A DNA stretch of 64,000 nt from assembly GCA_041753535.1 (NCBI GenBank), contig JBGSUB010000033.1:531-64530 (forward strand), read 5' to 3'. The translations under genes were made by a program, and so were the position numbers. The notes under the pieces are model-generated. The model saw nothing but the letters and a program-made list of their open reading frames with translations, was not told the DNA's origin and did not search any database. The DNA is from Lentimicrobiaceae bacterium (GTDB taxonomy: Bacteria; Bacteroidota; Bacteroidia; Bacteroidales; UBA4417). Shown here in pieces: positions 8,292-17,875 of this stretch. The first letter of the stretch is position 1. The number at the start of each line of letters is the position of its first letter.

Positions 8292-10694
8292 ATGAAAAAA
8301 CGAAAGATTACTTTTTCAGGTACTATTCTTGTCATGGCTGTTTTTGCTTTGGGAATATTTCTCCCAACTTTAACCCATGCACAACAATATGCAACTCCTG
8401 TTCCGCCGAAAGATTACAAAGGCGTTATGAAACTTGATGTAAATGCATCGACTCCTGACTGGGCACCGTACATCCGCAAAAAAGCCCCTGAAGGATCACC
8501 AAACATTCTTTTCATCTTGTATGATGATACTGGATTGGCTACATGGTCGCCATTTGGCGGTAGAGTGAGCATGCCAACTATGGATAAACTGGCTGCTGAT
8601 GGTTTAACTTACACTCAATGGCATACGGTTGCACTTTGTTCGCCTACCCGCTCGTGTATCCTTACCGGTCGGAATCATAACCTTAACGGTATGGGCTCCA
8701 TCACCGAAGGAGCAAATGGATTTCCGGGTTACAGCAGCCATATACCGGAACAGACTGCCACAATGGCCCAGGTTCTGAAAGATAATGGATGGAGTACCTT
8801 CTGGCTCGGGAAAGATCATAACGTACCGGAAACTGACCTTTCATCAGGAGCTAACAAAATTCAATGGCCACTTCAACAGGGCTTTGATCGCTTCTATGGA
8901 TTTATTGGAGGTGAAACAAACCAATGGTATCCTGACCTGGTTGAAGATAATCATTATATCGAGCCACCTGCCACCCCTGAACAAGGCTATCATCTTTCAA
9001 AGGACCTTGCAGATCAGGCAATCAAGATGCTTAGTGATCAGAAATCGGCAAATCCGTCAAAACCCTGGTTTATGTGGTACTGCCCCGGAGCTAACCATGC
9101 CCCTCACCAGGCACCTCAGGATTATATAGATAAATACAAAGGTAAATTTGATGATGGTTATGATGATTACCGCAAATGGGTTTTACCACGTATGATTGCA
9201 AAGGGCATTGTGCCGGCTGACACCAAACTTACTGATTTCAACCCTATGCCTGAGGATCAGGCCAATGCAGGAGATTTTGTTCGTCCTTGGAATACACTCA
9301 CTCCTGATGAGAAAAAATTGTTCTCAAGACTTTGTGAAGTCTTTGCTGCTTTCTCTGAATACACAGATGATCAGGTTGGCAGAATAATCGATCACCTGAA
9401 GAAAACCGGGCAATATGAGAATACTATTATTCTTTATGGAGCCGATAACGGAGCATCAGGTGAAGGAAGCCCCAACGGCTCAGTAAATGAAAACAAATTC
9501 TTTAACGGCTATCCCGATGCATTGGCTGAAAACATGAAGCTGATTGATAAGTTAGGAGGACCTGATACATATGAGCATTATCCGACAGGATGGGCCGCTG
9601 CATTTTCTACTCCATTTAAAATGTTCAAACGCTATTCCAATTACTCAGGTGGAACATCCGATCCACTTGTAATTTGCTGGCCAAAAGGGATTAAAGCTAA
9701 GGGCGAAATTCGCAACCAGTACCACCATGCTGTCGATATTGTTCCAACGATTCTTGAAATTTGCGGTTTGCAAATGCCAACCGTTTACCACGGTGTAGAA
9801 CAGTGGCCGCTCTCAGGTGTATCCATGCGTTACACTTTCGATGCCAAACCGAATGATCCTACTCAGAAACACATTCAGTATTACGCCATGCTCGGTACAA
9901 GAGCTATATGGCAGGATGGATGGAAGGCAGTCGCAGTTCATGCTCCTTTAACTGGCAAGGGAAACATTGAAAATGATAAATGGGAACTATACCATGTAGA
10001 TGTTGACCGCTCCGAATCAAACAATCTTGCCTTACAATATCCTGACAAACTAGAAGCATTAAAAACAGAATGGATGCACGAAGCCAATAAAAACTTTGTG
10101 TTACCTATTGATGACCGTTCAGCATTGGTTCAGGCTAATATCGAACGCCCCTCCGAAGAAGTCGCAACGGATACATACACCTATTATCCTCATACAAGTG
10201 CAGTTCCCGAAGCAGTTGCTGTGAACATCAGAGGCAGGTCTTACAAAATAGTTGCCAACATTGAGATTAAAAATGCGAACTGCTCCGGCGTTATTTTCGC
10301 CCATGGATCACGTTTTGGAGGCCATAGTTTATTTATTAAAGATCAAAAACTGTATTACGTGTATAATTTCCTTGGTATCAAACCAGAACAGGTTTTAGTA
10401 TCAGCTGTGCTTAAACCAGGCAAATACACAGTAGGTATGGAGTTCATCAGGGAAAAAGCCGGTGAACATCATGAATCGATTGGCACCATGAAACTTTATG
10501 TAAACGATAAAATGGTTGCACAAGGTCCTATGCGCGCCCAGGTGGGTAAATTCACTCTGGTTGGCGACGGCTTATGCATTGGTTGGGATAGCGGAGATCC
10601 TGTAAGTGAAAAGTATAAATCGCCAGGCGAATTTAAAGGCGGTATTATCGACTTTGTAACTGTCAGCACAGGAAAAATAGAGTATTTGGACTGA
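8292..10694 (+). CDS. Exported Cys-type arylsulfatase (formylglycine-dependent S1 family, AtsA-like)
   Basis: Signal peptide; PNILFILYDD, ALCSPTRSCILTGR, GKDH, GFDRFYGF, ANHAPHQ, GADNG; C-terminal LamG-like extension. Confidence 0.93.
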   Translation: MKKRKITFSGTILVMAVFALGIFLPTLTHAQQYATPVPPKDYKGVMKLDVNASTPDWAPYIRKKAPEGSPNILFILYDDTGLATWSPFGGRVSMPTMDKLAADGLTYTQWHTVALCSPTRSCILTGRNHNLNGMGSITEGANGFPGYSSHIPEQTATMAQVLKDNGWSTFWLGKDHNVPETDLSSGANKIQWPLQQGFDRFYGFIGGETNQWYPDLVEDNHYIEPPATPEQGYHLSKDLADQAIKMLSDQKSANPSKPWFMWYCPGANHAPHQAPQDYIDKYKGKFDDGYDDYRKWVLPRMIAKGIVPADTKLTDFNPMPEDQANAGDFVRPWNTLTPDEKKLFSRLCEVFAAFSEYTDDQVGRIIDHLKKTGQYENTIILYGADNGASGEGSPNGSVNENKFFNGYPDALAENMKLIDKLGGPDTYEHYPTGWAAAFSTPFKMFKRYSNYSGGTSDPLVICWPKGIKAKGEIRNQYHHAVDIVPTILEICGLQMPTVYHGVEQWPLSGVSMRYTFDAKPNDPTQKHIQYYAMLGTRAIWQDGWKAVAVHAPLTGKGNIENDKWELYHVDVDRSESNNLALQYPDKLEALKTEWMHEANKNFVLPIDDRSALVQANIERPSEEVATDTYTYYPHTSAVPEAVAVNIRGRSYKIVANIEIKNANCSGVIFAHGSRFGGHSLFIKDQKLYYVYNFLGIKPEQVLVSAVLKPGKYTVGMEFIREKAGEHHESIGTMKLYVNDKMVAQGPMRAQVGKFTLVGDGLCIGWDSGDPVSEKYKSPGEFKGGIIDFVTVSTGKIEYLD

Positions 10695-10752
10695 GAAAAA
10701 GAAGCAAAAAGAAGGGCATTGGAAGAATAGAGGAAGTTAATCGGTTTAAATA

Positions 10753-10785
10753 AAGCAACGGTCATCCATGAGGTGACCGTTGCTT
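10753..10785 (+). terminator. Stem-loop after the sulfatase gene
   Basis: AAGCAACGGTCA-tccatgagg-TGACCGTTGCTT, a 12-bp stem with a weak U tail. Confidence 0.6.
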
Positions 10786-10823
10786 CTATAAATCTTAAAC
10801 CTGGAATAGTGTTCGATCTGGCT

Positions 10824-11549
10824 ATGAAAAATAAAATTAAAAAAATTAAAACCTGTATTTTAATACTTGTTTTTGGGATCTTCACCAATAACCTTTGCCA
10901 TGCACAAGCTGCCTTATTGGTATTAATATTTGGTGACAAGGTAGCGACAGAAAACTTCCATCTGAGTATTGATGGTGGTTGGAATCTGTCAACAATGCCT
11001 GGCCTAAACCAGGGGAAATTTAATGACGGGCTGTATTATGGTTTGGGTGCTTTTGTTAAACTCAACGACAGATGGGCTTTCACACCTGAGTTCAAACCCC
11101 TCTCACCACGAGGGGCAAAAAGTGTTACGGGGATTTTATCCAATGATATCACCCTTCAAAATCCCGAAACAGATTATAAAATCAACTATATGGATGTCCC
11201 GCTCCTGGTTCGTTTTAATATTTCTAATTCTGTTTACATAGCAGCGGGACCTCAGATTAGTTTTCTCGGTAAGGCAAAGCAAATAACAACAGGGAGTACA
11301 TCTTCCGGTGAAAGCGTTGACATTGCTCAGGATATTAAGCCCCTGATGCACAAGCAGAATTTTATGGTGCCTGTTGAACTTGCTTATTCTTTATCAAAGC
11401 AACGGGGAGGGAAAGGAATAGATGTGAAATTAAGATATAATATCGGGATTTCGGATGCTTTTAACACCAGCCTTGCTTCCAGTACAAATTCGACATTTCA
11501 GTTCTTTCTTAGCTTTCCTTTTATTAATCCCCCTAAGGAAATCAAGTAG
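10824..11549 (+). CDS. Outer-membrane beta-barrel (PorT/porin-family) protein
   Basis: Start moved to ATG 10824 because the track's GTG lies inside the hairpin. Signal peptide, YMDVPLLVRF, YIAAGPQISFL, LRYNIGISD. Confidence 0.75.
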   Translation: MKNKIKKIKTCILILVFGIFTNNLCHAQAALLVLIFGDKVATENFHLSIDGGWNLSTMPGLNQGKFNDGLYYGLGAFVKLNDRWAFTPEFKPLSPRGAKSVTGILSNDITLQNPETDYKINYMDVPLLVRFNISNSVYIAAGPQISFLGKAKQITTGSTSSGESVDIAQDIKPLMHKQNFMVPVELAYSLSKQRGGKGIDVKLRYNIGISDAFNTSLASSTNSTFQFFLSFPFINPPKEIK

Positions 11550-11714
11550 AAGTGATTTAACAATTAAAATTGGCACAGGTTCAAGCTTGGCTGAGCCTGG
11601 CTTATAATCGGTGTTCATGTCATTATTTCACGGCATTTCTGAAGCATGAAACTTTAAGGTGCAATCCGGTTACTTTCCAGAAGTATTTAGTTAACTGTTA
11701 ACCGCTGAAACACA

Positions 11715-12842
11715 ATGAGCATAAGGACAACCTTGCTTTTTATAGCAGGCTTATTAGTTACCTTACTTGTCGCAGGACAGTCCAATCCTGAGGCTGGTAC
11801 ACAATTTAGCATATATGGTTTTGGTCGCACAGATTTCATCTGGGACAACAGAGATCTTGGCCGGACTGACCTTTTTATTCCAGCAAATATAAAGATTAAT
11901 GAACCCAAAAATCCTAATTATTTTATTGGGGCCAAGCAGTCGAGATTTGGATTGGATGTAAAACAGAAGGTTGGTAACGATGTATTATACATAAACCTTG
12001 AAGGAGATTTTCACAACGATGCATCTGATGCCAATGGTATTTTCAGGATGCGGCAAGCTTATGCTCAATACAAATTTTTGATAGTAGGTATGACATGGAG
12101 TAATTTTTTTGATGATGGAGTTAATCCGGTATCTGTTGATTTTGAAGGGCCTAACAGTTCAACCTTGTCACGTTCACCACAAATACGCTTCTCCACATAT
12201 AAATCGAAAAATATACTGTCGCTCTCTTTTGAGAATCCAATTGCAAAAATTACTACTTATGATTCTGTTACAGTTTTGCCGCAACGTTTTCCTGATATAA
12301 TTGGAGCCTACAAACTGAGTGGGGTTTTTGGTTCAGTTAAAATTGCTGCTTTATTGCGCGAATTGCGGTACGAAAGTGATCAGGCACGAAGTGTTATTGG
12401 ATATGGCCTTACTCTGATGGCGGTTATTAATGCTTGGCACAACGACAAATTAAAGTTCCAGGGAGTAATGGGTACGGGCGTAGCTCAATACATCAAAGGG
12501 GCCGGTGGTCTCAATTACGATGGGATCTACAACGGTACTGATAAGTTGGAAGCCCTTCAGATGCGTGGAGCTAATATTTCGTACCAGCATTTCTGGTCTG
12601 TCATTTTGCACTCATCTCTAACAGCAGGCTTGCTTAATGTTGAAGATAATACGAACCTCAAATCATCCGATTACAAATCAGGATATTATGGTTCGGTTAA
12701 TATATTCTGGGATGCATTAAGAAACCTGACATTTGGTGCTGAGGCTCTTGCCGGTCGGCGTGTCAATATTAATGGTGATAATGGATCTTCTATCCGCGTG
12801 CAGATGAATGCAACTTACAAATTCAGTAAATCAATAAAATAG
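11715..12842 (+). CDS. DcaP-family outer-membrane channel
   Basis: IYGF.R.D, AKQSRFG, LEGDF...FRMRQAY, G.TWSNF.D....P..VDFEGPN, R.PQIR, S.ENP, PD.I motifs; C-terminal ...QMNATYKF. Confidence 0.8.
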   Translation: MSIRTTLLFIAGLLVTLLVAGQSNPEAGTQFSIYGFGRTDFIWDNRDLGRTDLFIPANIKINEPKNPNYFIGAKQSRFGLDVKQKVGNDVLYINLEGDFHNDASDANGIFRMRQAYAQYKFLIVGMTWSNFFDDGVNPVSVDFEGPNSSTLSRSPQIRFSTYKSKNILSLSFENPIAKITTYDSVTVLPQRFPDIIGAYKLSGVFGSVKIAALLRELRYESDQARSVIGYGLTLMAVINAWHNDKLKFQGVMGTGVAQYIKGAGGLNYDGIYNGTDKLEALQMRGANISYQHFWSVILHSSLTAGLLNVEDNTNLKSSDYKSGYYGSVNIFWDALRNLTFGAEALAGRRVNINGDNGSSIRVQMNATYKFSKSIK

Positions 12843-12945
12843 CCAGGGTAAAAACCAATGTAAATAGTTTAAACCAATACCAGAATAAACTTCAATAGTA
12901 ACATAAAAAATTCAATCTTTAATAACCTAAAACTAAATCGAAACC

Positions 12946-13566
12946 ATGATTAAAAAAATTCTCCTCTTTACTGCATTATCTCTTACGCTGCCTTTTATCT
13001 CAAAAGCCCAGCATGTTGAACTTTATCCTTTCGCCGGTTACACTTTTGGCACTCATTGTTATGTAACCGGTGGTTCGGCCCGACTTAGTGACGGATTTAC
13101 TTATGGGGGCACGCTCAGCATTGTGGCAGGCCAGTACAATTCTGTTGAGCTTACTTACATGAGGCAGGATGCCACCGGTACAGCCAAATCTTCAATTCCA
13201 GGTTTCGTTAATGTAGATGATCCTATGAGTGTAAATTATATTTTTATAGGAGGTGGCCGTCTTTTCCCTGTAAATGATATGGTTACTCCTTTCTTCGGGG
13301 TAAATGTCGGAATGGGAATCCTGGGTTCAAAAGACAATTCTTTTTCAAATATCGAAAAACTGGCTTTCGGGGTTGATTTGGGCGTCAAGATTATGGTATC
13401 CGATAAGGTTGGCATCCGCCTACAATCGAACCTAAATATGCCTGTAACTAATGTAGGCGCAGGTCTTTGGTGGAGTTCCGGTGGAGGTTCTTCTGTAGGA
13501 GTAACAGGCAATATTCCATTTGTGCAATTCGGATTTACCGGTGGGTTGATACTGAGAATGAAATAG
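12946..13566 (+). CDS. Small outer-membrane beta-barrel protein
   Basis: Signal peptide ending AQ; ELYPFAGYTFG; alternating amphipathic strands; ends QFGFTGGLILR. Confidence 0.75.
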   Translation: MIKKILLFTALSLTLPFISKAQHVELYPFAGYTFGTHCYVTGGSARLSDGFTYGGTLSIVAGQYNSVELTYMRQDATGTAKSSIPGFVNVDDPMSVNYIFIGGGRLFPVNDMVTPFFGVNVGMGILGSKDNSFSNIEKLAFGVDLGVKIMVSDKVGIRLQSNLNMPVTNVGAGLWWSSGGGSSVGVTGNIPFVQFGFTGGLILRMK

Positions 13567-13621
13567 TTACAATCTGTTAATAAATAATCAAATTAGTTCT
13601 AACAATTAAAATCCAAAAGCC

Positions 13622-14200
13622 ATGAAAATTAAATTATTACTGCCATTAAGCTTAATAGGCTTAATGTTTGCCTGCTCACCCGCAACTAAACTTGAGAAGA
13701 CCTGGGCAGATCCAACATTCAATGCAAAAACAATAAAACCGTTTACAAAGGTTCTGGTGGTTGCCCCTGGTAAAGATGCTATATCACAACGGGTGGCAGA
13801 AGATAAAATTGTAAAACAACTCAAACAGGGCGTTGGTGTTGCATCCTATACCTATTTGAAACCCACCGATACCGACCAGAAACTTGTAGAAGCACAGTTG
13901 ATAAAGGATGGTTTCGATGGTGTTATAATGATGCGTTTGAAAGATGTCGAAAAGTCAACTTCCTATACACCAGGCACATCGTACGGTGGCTGGTATGGTT
14001 ACCGTAATTATTCTCCGGGTTATTATTCTGAAGATAAAACATTCCAGGTTGAAACAAACTTCTATTCTTTACCCGATGCTAAACTGTTGTGGTCAGGCAC
14101 TACTTCCACGCTTAATCCTACAAGTCTGGATAACACCATGGATCAGATTATCAGTACTATTAAATACGAATTGCAGCAAAAGGGATTTTTAAAGAAGTAG
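13622..14200 (+). CDS. Lipoprotein of unknown function (DUF4136-like)
   Basis: Lipobox MFAC; GFDGVI, Tyr/Gly-rich loop, VETNFY...KLLWSGTT. Confidence 0.7.
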   Translation: MKIKLLLPLSLIGLMFACSPATKLEKTWADPTFNAKTIKPFTKVLVVAPGKDAISQRVAEDKIVKQLKQGVGVASYTYLKPTDTDQKLVEAQLIKDGFDGVIMMRLKDVEKSTSYTPGTSYGGWYGYRNYSPGYYSEDKTFQVETNFYSLPDAKLLWSGTTSTLNPTSLDNTMDQIISTIKYELQQKGFLKK

Positions 14201-14287
14201 TTTCAGGTTCAGTAATATAACAGCAAGAAACTTAATTGCATCTAAATCAAATAAATACAAATTTAATAACAACCAAAAATCAAACAC

Positions 14288-14755
14288 ATGAAAAAGATCA
14301 CAATTTTAATTGCAGTAATGATGATTACCGTTTTCTCTTATGCACAAAGTAATAAAGAGGAAGTAGACATGTTCCAGGCAGCAGCCGGAATGCAGAAAAA
14401 AGAAGCAGTAGCCGCTTTTGTTCAGCCAACCGAAGCACAAAAAGATGCTTTCTGGAAATTGTACGACGAATATGAAGTAACACGTAAATTAAATGGAGTT
14501 AAAAGAATGCAACTTCTTGACCAGTATGCTGCTCAATATAACAGAATGACCGATGCTCAGGCCGAAACATTTCTGAAAGAAGTTACAACCTTACAATCAG
14601 CTACAGACAAATTAATTGTTACTTATTCTAAAAAAATTAAAAAAGTTACTTCTCCTACTGTAGCTCTGCAATTTTATGAAATTGAAAACTATATCTTGTC
14701 TGTTATTCGGGCTGAAATACTAGATGCAGTTCCATTTGTAACTGTAAAAAAATAA
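14288..14755 (+). CDS. Exported alpha-helical hypothetical protein
   Basis: Signal peptide ending YAQ; KKE.V..F......QKDAFWKLYDEYE...R; ALQFYEIENY. Confidence 0.75.
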   Translation: MKKITILIAVMMITVFSYAQSNKEEVDMFQAAAGMQKKEAVAAFVQPTEAQKDAFWKLYDEYEVTRKLNGVKRMQLLDQYAAQYNRMTDAQAETFLKEVTTLQSATDKLIVTYSKKIKKVTSPTVALQFYEIENYILSVIRAEILDAVPFVTVKK

Positions 14756-14792
14756 ATCTGGGGAGATTTTAACCTCGATTTAATTAACTTTA

Positions 14793-14827
14793 GCAAGGCT
14801 GTCCATAAAGGGCAGCCTTGTTTATTT
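14793..14827 (+). terminator. Intrinsic terminator closing the sulfatase cassette
   Basis: CAAGGCTGTCC-ataaa-GGGCAGCCTTG followed by TTTATTT. Confidence 0.75.
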
Positions 14828-14829
14828 AG

Positions 14830-14973
14830 TAAAATATTAAATTCTTTACCTACTTCGAATATGTAATTCTCAACAGTGAAATACCATTTTCTCAATTCCG
14901 CTTCCTGTGTCAGCGCGTTCCAAACTCTCTCAATGGGTACATCAACAATCTGGGTTACTAATATGGTTTCCAT
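14830..14973 (-). pseudogene. 5' fragment of an SRPBCC/AHSA1-domain protein
   Basis: METILVTQIVDVPIERVWNALT...LRKWYF....FEVGKEF matches the AHSA1 N-terminus. After ~47 aa the frame runs through the terminator and loses similarity. Confidence 0.7.
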
Positions 14974-15279
14974 TTTTCATTTTTAGTGCAAAAAACGTTA
15001 CTTTTCAGTCATTGAAAGTACATAAAAAAAGAATTTTACTCTCCAAAATGAAAATCCTGAGTTGTTTGAGAATCTATACCCTCAGAATCAAAACCGTTCT
15101 ACTTCTTTTATTGCAAAATAAAATGACGAAAGTCGAAATAATAAATACTCTTGATCTTAATTCAGGATTAGAAGCCAATATAGTTCTTTTGTTTTGTAAA
15201 AATAATGAAACAGAAGCGGGACAAGTATTGCGGGCGACAAAAAATCAAATATCCTCCAACACTCGCCCTTCATGAGAAT

Positions 15280-15448
15280 AGTATCTCATAGGAATTCGTT
15301 GAAAGGGTTTTTCTAGTTCTTTATCATCAATTTATCGAGCAGCCAGGTCAGGCTCGTTTTATAACAGTTCAATATGACTAAGCGGCAGATTCTGCATCAG
15401 GAGCGCTTAGTAAAGGGATTTGCGGGGATTGACTGCCAGAATATTCAT
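15280..15448 (-). pseudogene. Degraded 5' remnant, probably of a type IIG (Eco57I/TaqI-like) restriction-modification gene
   Basis: Translation across a stop and frameshifts: MNILAVNPRKSLY*ALLMQNLPLSHIELL/KTSLTWLLDK/DDKELE.../NEFL*DT. This resembles, from memory, the PRKxLNKAFLKxKPxRxEIExFKxNLxxLLDxI...ESEE...FLxDTYY N-terminus of those enzymes. Confidence 0.5.
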
Positions 15449-16612
15449 ATATATTTCATTCTAAATATTGGTGTATTAATCGTTAATGAATGTTATAAAC
15501 TACAATAAAAGTGGAGCAAAATACTGATACAATAAATCAAAAAATTCAGGATTAGTTTACGTAAACCACAACATGCAACCGTAAGTCTTACCGTAAATAA
15601 TCGACTCCGGATAAGAAGTTTTCGCCTAAAATGTAAATGGAAATTAAGAGCAAAACAGCACTTTTAAGCAAAATGAAATATTAGTGTACGAGGAGTAAAA
15701 TGAATTTCTTTATTAATCTTATAATTAGGGTGCATTAGCAACTAGAAAGTGGCACAAAAGTGCTACAATTTATTTTTATAGAACAAAAATGCGAAATTTA
15801 TAAAAAATATACAAAAACAGCTGTATGACTACGCAGACAATAATTACAGAAGGTTTTTGTGTACGAATAATGCAGTAATTATACGTGGTTTTATTCGTTT
15901 TCAGACAGTTGAAGTATAACTATAGTGTTATAAAAAAAAATGGAACTGTAGGTAAGAAATAGCACTATAAAGATCAAAAAGGGCAATTGAGCCCTGGATA
16001 AAACAAAAAAAAATCATGGTTTTTGGCTGAAATTATGGAGAAATTTACAGTAGAGGATTTGAGATTTACGGATAACACAAAATGGTTTTACAGTAAAAGC
16101 GAAATGTGAAAATTGTTTTTACACAGGGAACCAATCATCGATTATACACTTGATTAATCAGCATACTATTTATTTCTTTCGCCTGATGAGAACAATCCGG
16201 TTCTATATGTATTTGTCATGTAAAAGTTATTTATTATTAATTGTATTTTGGTATTTTAAAAGGCAGAAAGGGTATTTAACTTTTAACAGAATGCAGATGA
16301 CATTCTCCAATTATTTTTTCATGACACGTCTTTCTAGTATTTATTGGCCTTAAGGAAAAAGCATTAACCTGCGATCAAAATACGTATTAAACAACAATAT
16401 TATTGATTTTCTGTATCATACAGATTTATTAAAATTTTAGCCAGGTCAGAATCCTATATTTTGTTACATCAGTCAATCGTTTTTGATTAGTTTGTCTTGG
16501 TATGAATTGCTATTGCTGCAGCATCTTTGTATTGTTAAAAAGGAGTATCACAGGATTAAAGAAGACAGGTAGTAACAAGCAACATCACAAAGCAAATTCA
16601 ATAAATAACCGG

Positions 16613-17791
16613 ATGAACCAACAAAGTTTTGAAGAGAGATACAAATCCCTGAATGCGGAACATGCAGCTCTTATCGCCAAACCGAATGAAAAAATAACTA
16701 ATAGCAATAATGGCGTTTACACCCGATACCGATATCCTGTGCTTACTGCAGCGCATACTCCTCTTAATTGGCGCTATGACCTTAACAAAAAGAGCAATCC
16801 GTGGCTTATGGAGCGTATTGGAATTAATGCTGTTTTTAATGCCGGTGCCATGTTCTTCAATAACAAATATATCGTTGTTGCCCGCGTAGAAGGATATGAC
16901 CGTAAGTCTTTTTTTGCCGTTGCCGAAAGCGATAACGGCATAGATAATTTCAGATTTTGGGATTACCCCGTTGTTTTACCTGAAACTGAGGAGCCAGATA
17001 CCAACGTGTATGATATGCGGCTGACCAGGCATGAAGATGGCTGGATATACGGTGTTTTCTGCACCGAACGTAAGGACCCGGCTGCTCCGAAAGGCGATTT
17101 AAGTTCGGCTGTTGCAGCTGCCGGAATTGTTCGCACCCATGACCTGATAAATTGGGAACGCCTTCCGGACCTGAAATCAAAAAGCCAGCAAAGGAATGTA
17201 GTACTTCATCCAGAATTTGTACACGGGAAATATGCACTTTACACCCGTCCTCAGGATGGTTTTATTGATACAGGATCAGGAGGTGGAATCGGATGGGCTT
17301 TGGTTGACGATATGACCAATGCCTCGGTGAAGGATGAAATCATCATTGATCACCGTTACTACCATACCATAAAAGAACTAAAGAATGGGGAAGGCCCGCA
17401 TCCCATCAAAACAGATAAAGGCTGGCTTCACCTCGCACATGGAGTGCGGAACTGTGCCGCAGGATTGCGCTATGTTCTATACATGTATATGACCTCACTT
17501 GAAGATCCTGCAAAATTAATAGCACAACCGGGTGGCTATTTTATGGCTCCCGAAGAAATTGAACGTATCGGTGATGTTTCCAATGTTTTGTTTTCGAACG
17601 GATGGATTGTCCGGGAAGACGGAACAGTATATATTTATTATGCATCATCTGATACTCGCTTGCATGTTGCCGTCTCGAGTATTTCACAACTCAAAGATTA
17701 TTGTTTCAACACTCCGGCCGATGGTTTCAGGTCAGCGGCATCAGTAAAAACAATTTGTGAACTTGTAAATAAAAATAAAAAGCTGCTTTAA
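16613..17791 (+). CDS. 4-O-beta-D-mannosyl-D-glucose phosphorylase (GH130)
   Basis: Start moved to MNQQSF (16613). [84 protein letters not shown]. Confidence 0.95.
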   Translation: MNQQSFEERYKSLNAEHAALIAKPNEKITNSNNGVYTRYRYPVLTAAHTPLNWRYDLNKKSNPWLMERIGINAVFNAGAMFFNNKYIVVARVEGYDRKSFFAVAESDNGIDNFRFWDYPVVLPETEEPDTNVYDMRLTRHEDGWIYGVFCTERKDPAAPKGDLSSAVAAAGIVRTHDLINWERLPDLKSKSQQRNVVLHPEFVHGKYALYTRPQDGFIDTGSGGGIGWALVDDMTNASVKDEIIIDHRYYHTIKELKNGEGPHPIKTDKGWLHLAHGVRNCAAGLRYVLYMYMTSLEDPAKLIAQPGGYFMAPEEIERIGDVSNVLFSNGWIVREDGTVYIYYASSDTRLHVAVSSISQLKDYCFNTPADGFRSAASVKTICELVNKNKKLL

Positions 17792-17875
17792 CTGAAAGAT
17801 AAACAGTTTTAAGCAGGAATTTATCCGGATTGAACAGACAAATTAAACAGCATAAAATCACCCATAACTACTGAT

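Noticed and set aside
4875-10694. Stop-codon reassignment or Sec/Pyl recoding suggested by the in-frame TAG (4875) and TGA (10692)
   Set aside because: Many intact genes in the window end normally at TAG (11549, 12842, 14200) or TGA (20564, 36594, 44590). The TAG lies in a gene that is already truncated, and no Sec or Pyl machinery is visible.
14907-16353. ORFs 14907-15275 and 16150-16353
   Set aside because: Non-ATG starts, low-complexity AT-driven composition and no recognisable motifs.
3690-16500. Intact integrative element or prophage at tRNA-Arg
   Set aside because: No integrase, transposase or phage gene, and no duplicated tRNA 3' end was found by eye.
16502-16612. Cys-rich N-terminal extension of the GH130 phosphorylase
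   Set aside because: Family similarity begins near MNQQSF, and ATG 16613 has a typical A-rich leader.
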